Virus record (IMG/VR): IMGVR_UViG_3300012971_000056
Span: 1 to 31,996 of that record
Source of the DNA: a virus
Lineage: Duplodnaviria > Caudoviricetes
DNA: 31,996 nucleotides
Strand: one strand, 5' to 3'
Part shown: piece after piece, positions 8,515-16,244 of the stretch
Numbering within the stretch: position 1 is the first letter of the stretch
Layout of the letters: every line of letters begins with the position of its first letter
Translations under genes and position numbers: made by a program
Notes under the pieces: generated by a model
What the model was told of the DNA's origin: nothing
The model's input: only the letters and a program-made list of their open reading frames with translations
The model's database searches: none

Positions 8515-9061
8515 ACCAGTAGCTCATCAGATGGAGATACTCAGGTCGCAGGTACCACGTGCCTGGGGTGAGCCTGCCGTTGGCCGGCCCTGCCGGCGCA
8601 ATGTCGCGCTTGAGATAGAACTTGTCCTTTTCGATCCAGCCGGCGACAAAGCCGCGACCCGTCAGCCCTTCCTCATCAAAGCTTACTTGGGCCTTCGCTA
8701 ACGCGAGCACATCAAATTTCTTCTTCTGAAAATCTCGGTTCTTATTAATCGGCCAGATCAGATAGTCGTAGTGCAATTGCGTTTGCTTGACGTCGATCCT
8801 GGCGCTGCGCCAGATAACGTCGTAATCGGGGTCGGCGCCGCGCTCGGTGTCCCATTTCAGGCTTACGGCCGGATCGATGCCGACATGCAGGCAGAAAACA
8901 CACTCGCCTAGCTTGGCCTCGCACTGCAAGCGGGTATTTCTTCGCGCGCCGTGAGAAGAGTAAGCACGCGATTCAGGCGTGTCGTGAGTGACGTAATAAT
9001 TTATCAACCGCACAGCCCAGCCATAGCACTCCGCTACGAGGTCGCGCGAAGGCTCGATCAT
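8501..9061 (-). CDS. PD-(D/E)xK restriction-endonuclease-like protein
   Basis: KLGE..DPDYDV..IDVKQT catalytic-like pattern; ATGA-coupled to the MTase stop. Confidence 0.55.
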   Translation of the reverse strand: MIEPSRDLVAECYGWAVRLINYYVTHDTPESRAYSSHGARRNTRLQCEAKLGECVFCLHVGIDPAVSLKWDTERGADPDYDVIWRSARIDVKQTQLHYDYLIWPINKNRDFQKKKFDVLALAKAQVSFDEEGLTGRGFVAGWIEKDKFYLKRDIAPAGPANGRLTPGTWYLRPEYLHLMSYWSTGG

Positions 9062-9609
9062 GGTACCGTCAGCGAGCACGTCCTGTCTTCGTAATAATAA
9101 CTCAGCAGGGGCTTGGCGTTGTTGCGCCAGTCCCAAATGAACCATGCGTGGTTTGAGCTCGGGCTTGCGATCAAGGGAGTAAACCACACTATGCGACGGG
9201 TAAGGACGAGTTTTTTGTCAAACTGTGGACAAGCACCAAATAGGTGCTGCCGGCGCTTGGCATGATCAAAATCCGTATTGAGCAGCATGGCGACGAAGCC
9301 GCCGAGCCGGTACGTGCGACCCAGCGCATGGCAGACGAACTCAGTAGCCAGGCCATACGGTGGATTAGTGATGACCGCCTCGACATGGGATCGCGAGCGC
9401 AGGAAGTCATTTCCGGTCTTCAGGTCAGTGGCTTTGACCTTGTAGCCTGCGGCGTTGAGCACGCTGGCGATGTGACCGCGGCCTGCCGCCGGCTCCCAGA
9501 CCGATCGTATGCGCGCGGGGATGTGCGGCAGCAGCGCCTCGGTCACCCAAGCAGGGGTCAAATATTGGTCTCTTGGCTTTCTGGCGTACCCCGAGTTGCG
9601 TTGGCTCAT
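9058..9609 (-). CDS. Small DNA amino-methyltransferase (m6A or m4C)
   Basis: D.Y.TP, WEPAAGRG (motif I), ITNPPY (motif IV); ATGA-coupled start. Confidence 0.88.
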   Translation of the reverse strand: MSQRNSGYARKPRDQYLTPAWVTEALLPHIPARIRSVWEPAAGRGHIASVLNAAGYKVKATDLKTGNDFLRSRSHVEAVITNPPYGLATEFVCHALGRTYRLGGFVAMLLNTDFDHAKRRQHLFGACPQFDKKLVLTRRIVWFTPLIASPSSNHAWFIWDWRNNAKPLLSYYYEDRTCSLTVP

Positions 9610-10130
9610 GGGCGTAACGCGCGTGCCAGAGGCCAACCCAACCGCATAAGTCTTATCCAGGCACGTTTGTAGGGAACGCCCGTTTTCTCACAGGCTTCGA
9701 TTAGCGAAATACGCTGGCCGTCGAACTCGACCCAGCGTGTATTCCGGGTATTCCTGACGTTCTCTGTCCGCGTTTCCCAACGGACGTTGCCTGGTTGGTA
9801 GCCAAGGTCATTGTCAGCACGGCCGAGTTCGAAGGGCCGACCGGGATCAGGCCCGACGTCCGCAGCGAAAGCGCCAAAGTCGTCGCGCCACCCCTCGAAC
9901 AGCGTAATGCCGCGCGCGCCGTAGTAGCGGAACAGATGATGCTTCGGGTTATGGCATCTTTGTTTGATAGCGGCCCAGACCTGATAGAGCCGGGTATACC
10001 GCTGATTGTGGATAGCGCGAGACTGATTGGAACAAGCTCCGCTACAGAATCTCTTGGATTGCCATTGCTTGCGGCTATGTTTCGGGTGTCTCCGAAGCAG
10101 CTTTCCGCACTGTTCACATCGCCTTTCCAT
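9606..10130 (-). CDS. HNH-type homing endonuclease with N-terminal Zn finger
   Basis: CEQC..FCSGAC; KQRC.NP..YGARGI; RADNDLGYQPGNVRW. Confidence 0.85.
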   Translation of the reverse strand: MERRCEQCGKLLRRHPKHSRKQWQSKRFCSGACSNQSRAIHNQRYTRLYQVWAAIKQRCHNPKHHLFRYYGARGITLFEGWRDDFGAFAADVGPDPGRPFELGRADNDLGYQPGNVRWETRTENVRNTRNTRWVEFDGQRISLIEACEKTGVPYKRAWIRLMRLGWPLARALRP

Positions 10131-10240
10131 TATGTTAGATTCTCCTTGCCCGCCACGGCCCTCACCTCAGGCTCGCCGTGGCATTGCGGGCCGCCTTCCG
10201 GGTTCATCTCCTTGTTTCCTGCCGGGCGGCCCGCGCCATT

Positions 10241-11152
10241 TCACTGTGCGGCCGTTATGAACTCGGCCGCGACTTGCGGGACGATCGCGTTGCCGTAGGC
10301 GCGCAGGCGTCCCACTCGGCCGGGTACCCCATGAGCCAGCGGGAAAAGGCTGGGTTGAGTTGGCCGGGCTTTCCCGTCTGCGCAGTCGACCCAAGCACAG
10401 TCTTGCCATGGCTGTCCGGCTCGCCCCATTTGTTTGCTCGCGACGTCGCCCAGCCCCTCAGGGCCTCCCGCAACGTCGCTCCGCGCTTGCCGTCCTGGCT
10501 GCGGAGTCCGCGCTGATCCTCGGTGGCTGTCGGCGTCGGCCAACTCGCCAGTTGCGCCTGATGCTCCAGGAGCGTCACCGATTGACCGCACGGCAAACCC
10601 TCCTTGCGCCTCAACTCTGCCTCCGCCGTGCCCCCGAAGATCTCCCCGTGCGGCGTCCCCCACCCACCAAATCCTGCTTCTGACGTGCGGTGCGCCGACG
10701 CTGCAAGCTGGTAGTACGGCCGCCCCGCAGGCGTAGCCTTCCGCCTCCAGGTCAGCGAGAACAAGGTCGAGCCAGCCCCAGCCAATCGCCGCCTCAACCT
10801 GCTCTCCAAACACGACTGCAGGTCGGCACTCGCGGACAAGAGAAAACCACGCAGGCCACAGATGGCGTCTGTCATTGGCCGCCTTGCCCTGGCCGGCCAT
10901 GCTGAAGGGCTGGCAAGGGCAGCTGCCTGTCCAAACAGGTCGAGCGTTATCCCATCCAGCAAGTCGCAAGGCATAGCTCCATCCGCCGATCCCAGCGAAG
11001 AAGTGACACTGACGATAGGCGCGCAGGTCGTCAGGTCGAACATCGACGATTGATCGCTCGTCAACGTCGCCTCCGGCGATGTGTCCAGCGGCGACGAGAT
11101 TTCTGAGCCATTGCGCGGCATAGGGATCATGCTCGTTGTAATAGGCGGTCAT
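10241..11152 (-). CDS. DNA (cytosine-5) methyltransferase, alpha chain
   Basis: FFAGIGG (I), GSCPCQPFS (IV), EQV (VI), HVRSRIW (VIII), YGNAIVPQV (X); no motif IX. Confidence 0.92.
   Translation of the reverse strand: MTAYYNEHDPYAAQWLRNLVAAGHIAGGDVDERSIVDVRPDDLRAYRQCHFFAGIGGWSYALRLAGWDNARPVWTGSCPCQPFSMAGQGKAANDRRHLWPAWFSLVRECRPAVVFGEQVEAAIGWGWLDLVLADLEAEGYACGAAVLPACSVGAPHVRSRIWWVGDAARGDLRGHGGGRVEAQGGFAVRSIGDAPGASGATGELADADSHRGSARTPQPGRQARSDVAGGPEGLGDVASKQMGRAGQPWQDCAWVDCADGKARPTQPSLFPLAHGVPGRVGRLRAYGNAIVPQVAAEFITAAQ
10255..11130 (-). CDS. Nested alternative-frame ORF: putative MTase beta chain carrying motif IX
   Basis: 291 open codons inside the MTase gene on the same strand; LNPAFSRWLMGYPAEW resembles motif IX; start could be 11130, 11121 or 11043. 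Confidence 0.7.
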   Translation of the reverse strand: MIPMPRNGSEISSPLDTSPEATLTSDQSSMFDLTTCAPIVSVTSSLGSADGAMPCDLLDGITLDLFGQAAALASPSAWPARARRPMTDAICGLRGFLLSASADLQSCLESRLRRRLAGAGSTLFSLTWRRKATPAGRPYYQLAASAHRTSEAGFGGWGTPHGEIFGGTAEAELRRKEGLPCGQSVTLLEHQAQLASWPTPTATEDQRGLRSQDGKRGATLREALRGWATSRANKWGEPDSHGKTVLGSTAQTGKPGQLNPAFSRWLMGYPAEWDACAPTATRSSRKSRPSS

Positions 11153-11361
11153 TGCATCGCTGCGATCTCTGCTGCGTCCTTGGCGCGCGCCCGGTTAGCT
11201 ATGTCGGACAGTCGGCCATCCGGCGAGCATACCCGCCACATCGTAGGAGACTTGCGGTCGCGTTTCACATGAAACCCGGTCGAGCGGCCGAGGTAAAGCA
11301 GGGTGTCGCGGCGCCACGTAAACGCTCGGCGGTTCCTAATACGAGGCGCAGCAGCGTCCAT
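11149..11361 (-). CDS. Hypothetical protein
   Basis: 70 aa, coupled on both sides; MWRV..PDGRLSD..N..RAKDAA. Confidence 0.7.
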   Translation of the reverse strand: MDAAAPRIRNRRAFTWRRDTLLYLGRSTGFHVKRDRKSPTMWRVCSPDGRLSDIANRARAKDAAEIAAMQ

Positions 11362-11606
11362 TAGGAGGCCGCTGGTTGAGTTTTCTCCGGCGCGTGCGCC
11401 ATCCCCACCAGCGCCTGATAATCTTTCAGGTTAACCCAGACCCCGTCGTCGTCGTAACGGTAGTAATCTTCCCTGCGTATCGTGCGGCCGTATCTCGCAT
11501 ACATCGGCGCAGCCCATTGCCCTATCCGGCCTTCATTGATCGCAGCCACGAGCTGGTCGTAGCCGCGACGCCCCCGGCGAACGTAAAGATTGCATATGAC
11601 GATCAT
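11361..11606 (-). CDS. Hypothetical protein
   Basis: ATGA-coupled start; TAATG overlap at the end. Confidence 0.65.
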   Translation of the reverse strand: MIVICNLYVRRGRRGYDQLVAAINEGRIGQWAAPMYARYGRTIRREDYYRYDDDGVWVNLKDYQALVGMAHAPEKTQPAAS

Positions 11607-11917
11607 TTGAGCCCCCAAGTCGTGTCAAACAGTTCAGGCCGCGCTTCCGGCACGTTCATATGCCTGATGATGCCATCCCGAAACATGCGGTAAACGGTTG
11701 GCATCCCGTCGAGGGAGCGAAAATAGGCATCCCACGCCACCTCATCCGCCGTAGCTGGAAAAGTGTCGTCATGCGAGAGAAAAGGCCAGTTGTCTCCCCA
11801 TTGCTTAACCTTCGCACCGTACCACTCGGCCCGCAGATCGTAGTTTCTACCCGTGATCGGGCCCTCCTTGGCCCAGGCTGGGATCTCGCCGAACTTCCTC
11901 TTGGGTTTTGGTCGCAT
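11603..11917 (-). CDS. Hypothetical protein
   Basis: GGAG RBS before MRPKPK; downstream of the initiator. Confidence 0.65.
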   Translation of the reverse strand: MRPKPKRKFGEIPAWAKEGPITGRNYDLRAEWYGAKVKQWGDNWPFLSHDDTFPATADEVAWDAYFRSLDGMPTVYRMFRDGIIRHMNVPEARPELFDTTWGLK

Positions 11918-12440
11918 TAGGTTTGCTCCATGACCGCCAGATTGCCAGATCCTCTTCCGAAGGGATGTGCCCATTGCCGTTTGTCGCCGGCTCGGCATCC
12001 CAGCCCTCCCGGTTCAGCCAAGTCGCCGGGTATGGCGTGTATTTCTCCTCTGTCCATTTCTCCTTTGCTGCTCTTAGCTTGTTGAGGATAGCCTCCAATG
12101 GAGCTTCTTTCCGAGCTTTCTCAAATGCTCGGATGGCCGCTTTCTTCGCTTCGTGCCGAGGGTACAGCTTCCAGAACTGGTCGAACTCTTCTGATGTAAC
12201 GCATGTAACGTTACGGGTGTGACGCTCGAGAGTCTTCTTTCTTTCTTTCTTAGATTCTTCTTTATAAGACTCTCGTGTCACACCTGTCACGTTACTAACG
12301 TGACTCGCGTTACGCGTTCTATGATTTCGTTGACGAATCCGGTTCTGCTCGCGTTGCTCGGCTAGTTCTAGCTCAAGCAGATGGATGATCTGCTTTTCGG
12401 TCATCCCGACTTCGCGCATCATCTTCGGACTGATTGGCAT
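11847..12440 (-). CDS. Phage replication initiator/replisome organiser
   Basis: REQNRIRQRNHR, low-complexity linker, KEESKKERKK, FDQFWKLYP..KKAA..AF..YPATWLN..W. Confidence 0.8.
   Translation of the reverse strand: MPISPKMMREVGMTEKQIIHLLELELAEQREQNRIRQRNHRTRNASHVSNVTGVTRESYKEESKKERKKTLERHTRNVTCVTSEEFDQFWKLYPRHEAKKAAIRAFEKARKEAPLEAILNKLRAAKEKWTEEKYTPYPATWLNREGWDAEPATNGNGHIPSEEDLAIWRSWSKPNATKTQEEVRRDPSLGQGGPDHG
12196..12313. repeat. GTNAC iterons flanking an AT-rich tract inside the initiator gene (putative ori)
   Basis: GTAAC/GTTAC/GTCAC/GTGAC at 12196, 12205, 12210, 12219, 12277, 12286, 12291, 12300, 12309; T-rich core about 12233-12268. Confidence 0.7.
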
Positions 12441-12590
12441 GTGGCCCTCTAACGAAAGGGAGGGGAGGGCGAGCCGGGACGATGGCCCGTCGTAGTCGGT
12501 GCCAGATAGCGGGTCATGACCCCCGCCAGAGGCCCCGGCTCGGATGCTATTGGTTTCTGAGTCGCTGCGAGCAGGCAATCAATATGTCAG

Positions 12591-12605
12591 GTCAGTGACA
12601 CTGAC
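12591..12605. promoter_or_regulatory. Operator-like palindrome
   Basis: GTCAGTG-A-CACTGAC in an intergenic region; a TTGACA lies about 40 bp to the right on +. Confidence 0.45.
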
Positions 12606-13049
12606 GCTGTATAACGTGGATATTGGGGATAACCCGTTAGATCTATTGACAGAAAATCGGCCGAATCTGATATGGAACTTTTGTGAGCGCGGCTTTTGTT
12701 GAGTGGACATGGCCGCGCCTAGCACCGGCGAGCGTCCCCGAGGCTGTGTCGCTCGTTCTTTGGCCCGCCGCATCTCCTGACCGGGGTGCGGCGGGCATCA
12801 TTTGTGAGCTGTCTGTCACAGTCAATTAGGGTTTTCCCTGATCAGGTCCGATCGCTGTGGATGAAATCACGATCGCTCACGTAAGCAGGCTCCGGCCGCT
12901 GTGCGCGCACCGATCCCGACCAGCCGGCGCTGTAAAACACTTCGCCTACCATGTCCCAGAGCTCCGCCCGCTCGCGCACGAGCTTGCGCATCATCTCACC
13001 AATGACGCGATCGGCGTGGCGCTCGGGCGGAGGCCCTATGGACTCAAGG

Positions 13050-13445
13050 TCACTTCGGAAATGTCACCGCCGGCGGCCGGTCTTGGTTTTTCGGCTTCAT
13101 GTTAGGCGGCCCATGGTGCCATCCGTTGCAGTGGCCCATCTCATGCCGGCGCAGATACTCGATATTGACACCACCGGCCTTGAGCACGTCTCTTGGCGCG
13201 TAGTAAATGTAGCAAGTGCGGCTTCCATACGGATAAACTCCTGGTGCTCGCGTACAGGCGATGGTTTGAAAACCATCAGGGTCCATGACCGGACAGGATT
13301 TCCTGAGGTCATCCATATTGTCGTACCAAGTCTCGACGACCGGACCTTCGTATGGATGGTCATATGCGGGCGGCGGCAGCTGCGACTCATAGGCCGCAGC
13401 CGTGCTGCTCATAGCTATAAGCGTGCTGGCTAATAGGTATTTCAT
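13050..13445 (-). CDS. Secreted HExxH (zincin-like) protein
   Basis: Signal peptide MKYLLASTLIAMSSTAAA; RRHEMGHCNGW. Confidence 0.65.
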   Translation of the reverse strand: MKYLLASTLIAMSSTAAAYESQLPPPAYDHPYEGPVVETWYDNMDDLRKSCPVMDPDGFQTIACTRAPGVYPYGSRTCYIYYAPRDVLKAGGVNIEYLRRHEMGHCNGWHHGPPNMKPKNQDRPPAVTFPK

Positions 13446-13693
13446 CGGCACTGCTCCGCCCGCGCGACAACGGCACTGACCTTTTCATATAAATCGAGCA
13501 GCTCGCCGATCGTCGTCGCGTCTTTGACTGACTCGAACGTGAACTTGATGTCGTTGAGCACCTCCAACATGGCCGGCGCGGTCTGGACAAGCGCCGTCAC
13601 GCGATCGGCTTGCTTTCCGCGGATCTTGATCGTAGTGCCGTCAGAGTAGCGGTAAGTATATTTGCCGTGTATTTCCTTTACAGCTTTCGTCAT
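13442..13693 (-). CDS. Hypothetical protein
   Basis: AAGGAG RBS; 83 aa. Confidence 0.75.
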   Translation of the reverse strand: MTKAVKEIHGKYTYRYSDGTTIKIRGKQADRVTALVQTAPAMLEVLNDIKFTFESVKDATTIGELLDLYEKVSAVVARAEQCR

Positions 13694-13708
13694 CGTGTTC
13701 TCCTTGTT

Positions 13709-14017
13709 TTACTCTCTCTCGATCTCGCCCTGTATCTTGGCGAACTTTGCCCTACTCATGCTCGCCTGCAGAAAGGTAACCGCGCCTATAAGCCCGCCGG
13801 TCCGTGCCTTGCGCAATATCTTTTGGTAAAAGCCATCACTTACAGTTAAGCGGGCTAATACCAATAGCCGGATTAACTTGGCATGGTCTTTTGGTACTTT
13901 GCTATGGCCGGCGGCATACCTGTAACTGGCGTACCAATGCTTGCCGAACAGCCGGCCCATCTCTGGATGAGATAGGCCGAGCTGCTCCTTGGCCGCGAGA
14001 TACTGCGCGGGTTTCAT
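13709..14017 (-). CDS. HTH (Cro/XRE-like) transcriptional regulator
   Basis: KEQLGLSHPEMGRLFG..YRYAAG..VP. Confidence 0.7.
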   Translation of the reverse strand: MKPAQYLAAKEQLGLSHPEMGRLFGKHWYASYRYAAGHSKVPKDHAKLIRLLVLARLTVSDGFYQKILRKARTGGLIGAVTFLQASMSRAKFAKIQGEIERE

Positions 14018-14036
14018 GCTTCCTCGAACCTATCGC

Positions 14037-14243
14037 TCATATGTGCACCTCTTTCAGCTTGCCGTCCTCTAACTCCATCTCGCAAATCACGTCCGATGGC
14101 TTGAACGTGACTAGCTCGACCGTTACCTTGTCGATGTCATGTTCTTCCCATAGCGCGCCGTCATCGTGCACGCGCGCGCCGAAGCCCGGCCGCATTAGCT
14201 CGACATACCTAATCCCGTGCGGCGTCATCACTTTCCAGAACAT
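14037..14243 (-). CDS. Hypothetical protein
   Basis: TGATG coupling; 68 aa. Confidence 0.65.
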   Translation of the reverse strand: MFWKVMTPHGIRYVELMRPGFGARVHDDGALWEEHDIDKVTVELVTFKPSDVICEMELEDGKLKEVHI

Positions 14244-15004
14244 CAGGGCACCTGCCGCACCACAAATCCGGATTTATCCCGCTTCGCCTTGCGTCCTTTC
14301 GGACTTAAGGCCACGACCACACCACGCGCACCACGCGGATCTAGATGTCGGAGATCGTGTGCGTCGCCATCGATCACTTCAAAGCCATGCCATTGCTTCG
14401 GCTTATTACTACCGAACACCACGGCGACATTGACGCCATTGGCCAAGGCCTCCACGCATTGTGCTTCGTTCACTTCCGAGCGCGAGAGCGTGAGATGATA
14501 GTTGGCCGGCAAAGCGCGCTTAAAGCGCGAGACGATCTTGGTATAGTCGACAAATTGCAAGTGCGGGAAAGCCGCCATCACGTTGCGGAACTTACTCCCA
14601 TTACGCTCGCAGCTGACACCCTCCCAACCGATATCTGTCGACCCATTAAGGCGAAAGCAAATCTGTTTGCCGTGCCGCTGTGCTCTTTGCTCGATTAGCT
14701 CTATCGAGCGCACCATGTCGCGCATATAGTTGGCGCGATCGCGCATGAACCGCCGCGCCTTGGCCTTGCGCGACTTGCGCACGCTGTTGCCTTGGTCTTG
14801 GTGGCTGTGGATATTGTGCACCATACCGGCCTGACCAGAAGTCAAGCCAAGGCAAAGCATGCGGCAGGCGTCAGTCGAGTCGACGCATAGATTGCCGACG
14901 CCAGCGACCGTATGTGGTGCCATATAGTGGATTGCATTGATATACCCATAGGCGTCAGCTTTGATTGCCTTTGGGCTATCGAGAGAAAAGATACGGTTTT
15001 CCAT
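14243..15004 (-). CDS. GP88-like protein (Cys-motif, radical-SAM-like)
   Basis: NLC-x6-C-x3-C, RLNGSTD, FVDYTK, NYHLTLS, NVAVVF, DGDAHDLR; RBS before MENR. Confidence 0.75.
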   Translation of the reverse strand: MENRIFSLDSPKAIKADAYGYINAIHYMAPHTVAGVGNLCVDSTDACRMLCLGLTSGQAGMVHNIHSHQDQGNSVRKSRKAKARRFMRDRANYMRDMVRSIELIEQRAQRHGKQICFRLNGSTDIGWEGVSCERNGSKFRNVMAAFPHLQFVDYTKIVSRFKRALPANYHLTLSRSEVNEAQCVEALANGVNVAVVFGSNKPKQWHGFEVIDGDAHDLRHLDPRGARGVVVALSPKGRKAKRDKSGFVVRQVP

Positions 15005-15006
15005 TG

Positions 15007-15099
15007 TCAGACTCCTGTAGTTAAGATCAGCCAAAGGACAAAGCCCGCCGCGAGCACCGCAAGCGCGCTATGTCCCCATCGTTCAAAGTGGTGAAACAT
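15007..15099 (-). CDS. 30-aa single-TM peptide (not in ORF track)
   Basis: MFHHFERWGHSALAVLAAGFVLWLILTTGV; AAGGGG RBS. Confidence 0.6.
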   Translation of the reverse strand: MFHHFERWGHSALAVLAAGFVLWLILTTGV

Positions 15100-15101
15100 C
15101 G

Positions 15102-15194
15102 TCAGATCCCCTTTTGATGGAGGATAAAGCCGACGATGCCGATTATGATTATGATCGTCCATATGAACTCATGCAGCGTTAAAGCATGATCCAT
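15102..15194 (-). CDS. 30-aa single-TM peptide (not in ORF track)
   Basis: MDHALTLHEFIWTIIIIIGIVGFILHQKGI; GAGGG RBS. Confidence 0.6.
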   Translation of the reverse strand: MDHALTLHEFIWTIIIIIGIVGFILHQKGI

Positions 15195-15198
15195 TGGC

Positions 15199-15324
15199 TT
15201 AGCCCTCTGCCGGCGCGTCTTCATCGCGTTCCTGCAATACATAGTCGAAGGCCTCGAGCACACGCTCTTGGCCTTCATCCTCGATCAACGTATCGATGAT
15301 CGTCATCAGTTCGGTAAATGACAT
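15199..15324 (-). CDS. 41-aa acidic peptide (not in ORF track)
   Basis: MSFTELMTIIDTLIEDEGQERVLEAFDYVLQERDEDAPAEG; AAGGAG RBS. Confidence 0.7.
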   Translation of the reverse strand: MSFTELMTIIDTLIEDEGQERVLEAFDYVLQERDEDAPAEG

Positions 15325-15425
15325 GGTCAGATCTCCTTGTTTTCGGCATGCTGCCTGCACTGCCCAGTGCGGCTACTTGGCAACCGATAAGACATACACT
15401 ACACTATTTTGTACCCCCTAGCAAG

Positions 15426-15845
15426 GTGCTAGCTTTGAAAAAAAGATGGAAACTAGATTCACCTGATTTTGTAGAGTGTTATCGAGAGTGGGTTTTCGCG
15501 CATATTGCGAAAATGCCATCAGGTTGCTGGCAATGGACTGGACAGAACACCGGGTTATGGCCTGGAGCTTACGGGCAATGCTATGTGCCGACTGTGCGCA
15601 AACTCCGCCTAGCACATCGCGTAGTCTACAATTTAGAAGTAGGCGTCATCCCCGATGGTCTTGTTCTCCATCATCACTGTCGCAATACATTGTGCGTTAA
15701 TCCAGCCCATCTTGAGCCTATCACCCAGCAAGAAAACATGCGGCTTTATGGCGTGCATTATCGCAGGAAGCGCTTGCAGGCCGAGATCGATGCTATGGCC
15801 GATGAAGCGTTAGTAGAGTTTGCCGCTCGCGATCGACTCGCATAA
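15426..15845 (+). CDS. HNH endonuclease
   Basis: GCWQWTG..YG..AHRVVY..HHCRNTLCVNPAHLE..EN; start uncertain (frame open from 15318). Confidence 0.88.
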   Translation: MLALKKRWKLDSPDFVECYREWVFAHIAKMPSGCWQWTGQNTGLWPGAYGQCYVPTVRKLRLAHRVVYNLEVGVIPDGLVLHHHCRNTLCVNPAHLEPITQQENMRLYGVHYRRKRLQAEIDAMADEALVEFAARDRLA

Positions 15846-15854
15846 GCTTCAACA

Positions 15855-16154
15855 ATGGTCGCTAAACCCCCCAAGCCCGCCGCAGCCGCCGAGCAAAGCA
15901 CCGATCCGCTCGCCCACAAGCGCTCGGCAACCGCCCACATCACCGAAAAGCCCAAACCCCAAGAACGCCACAACGTCGCTTCAATCGCCGGCCTCGGCCT
16001 GGTCAATGCACAAGCTTGGTTCGAAATCCCCCTCGAGCTCCGACAACGCTACTGGCGCGAAACAGACTTCGGCCAGCAACGCCCCGCTGACGACCTAATC
16101 GCCGACCTCATCGCAGCTGCGCCCAATGGCTTTATCCTCGACGGCCGCAAATGA
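15855..16154 (+). CDS. Hypothetical protein
   Basis: 99 aa; strong C-ending codon bias. Confidence 0.7.
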   Translation: MVAKPPKPAAAAEQSTDPLAHKRSATAHITEKPKPQERHNVASIAGLGLVNAQAWFEIPLELRQRYWRETDFGQQRPADDLIADLIAAAPNGFILDGRK

Positions 16155-16244
16155 CCGCTCCGCAGCGGTAGGCCAATATGGCCAACTGCGCGCTACAGCT
16201 CCAACTCTCCCTATAATGTATCTATCAACCCATTAACCCTCTCA

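Noticed and set aside
12470-12542. tRNA gene
   Set aside because: Cloverleaf-like size but no TTC-GA T-loop, D-loop or anticodon-arm geometry
12579-13049. Several short overlapping ORFs
   Set aside because: None has a convincing RBS or motif; the region looks regulatory and was left uncalled
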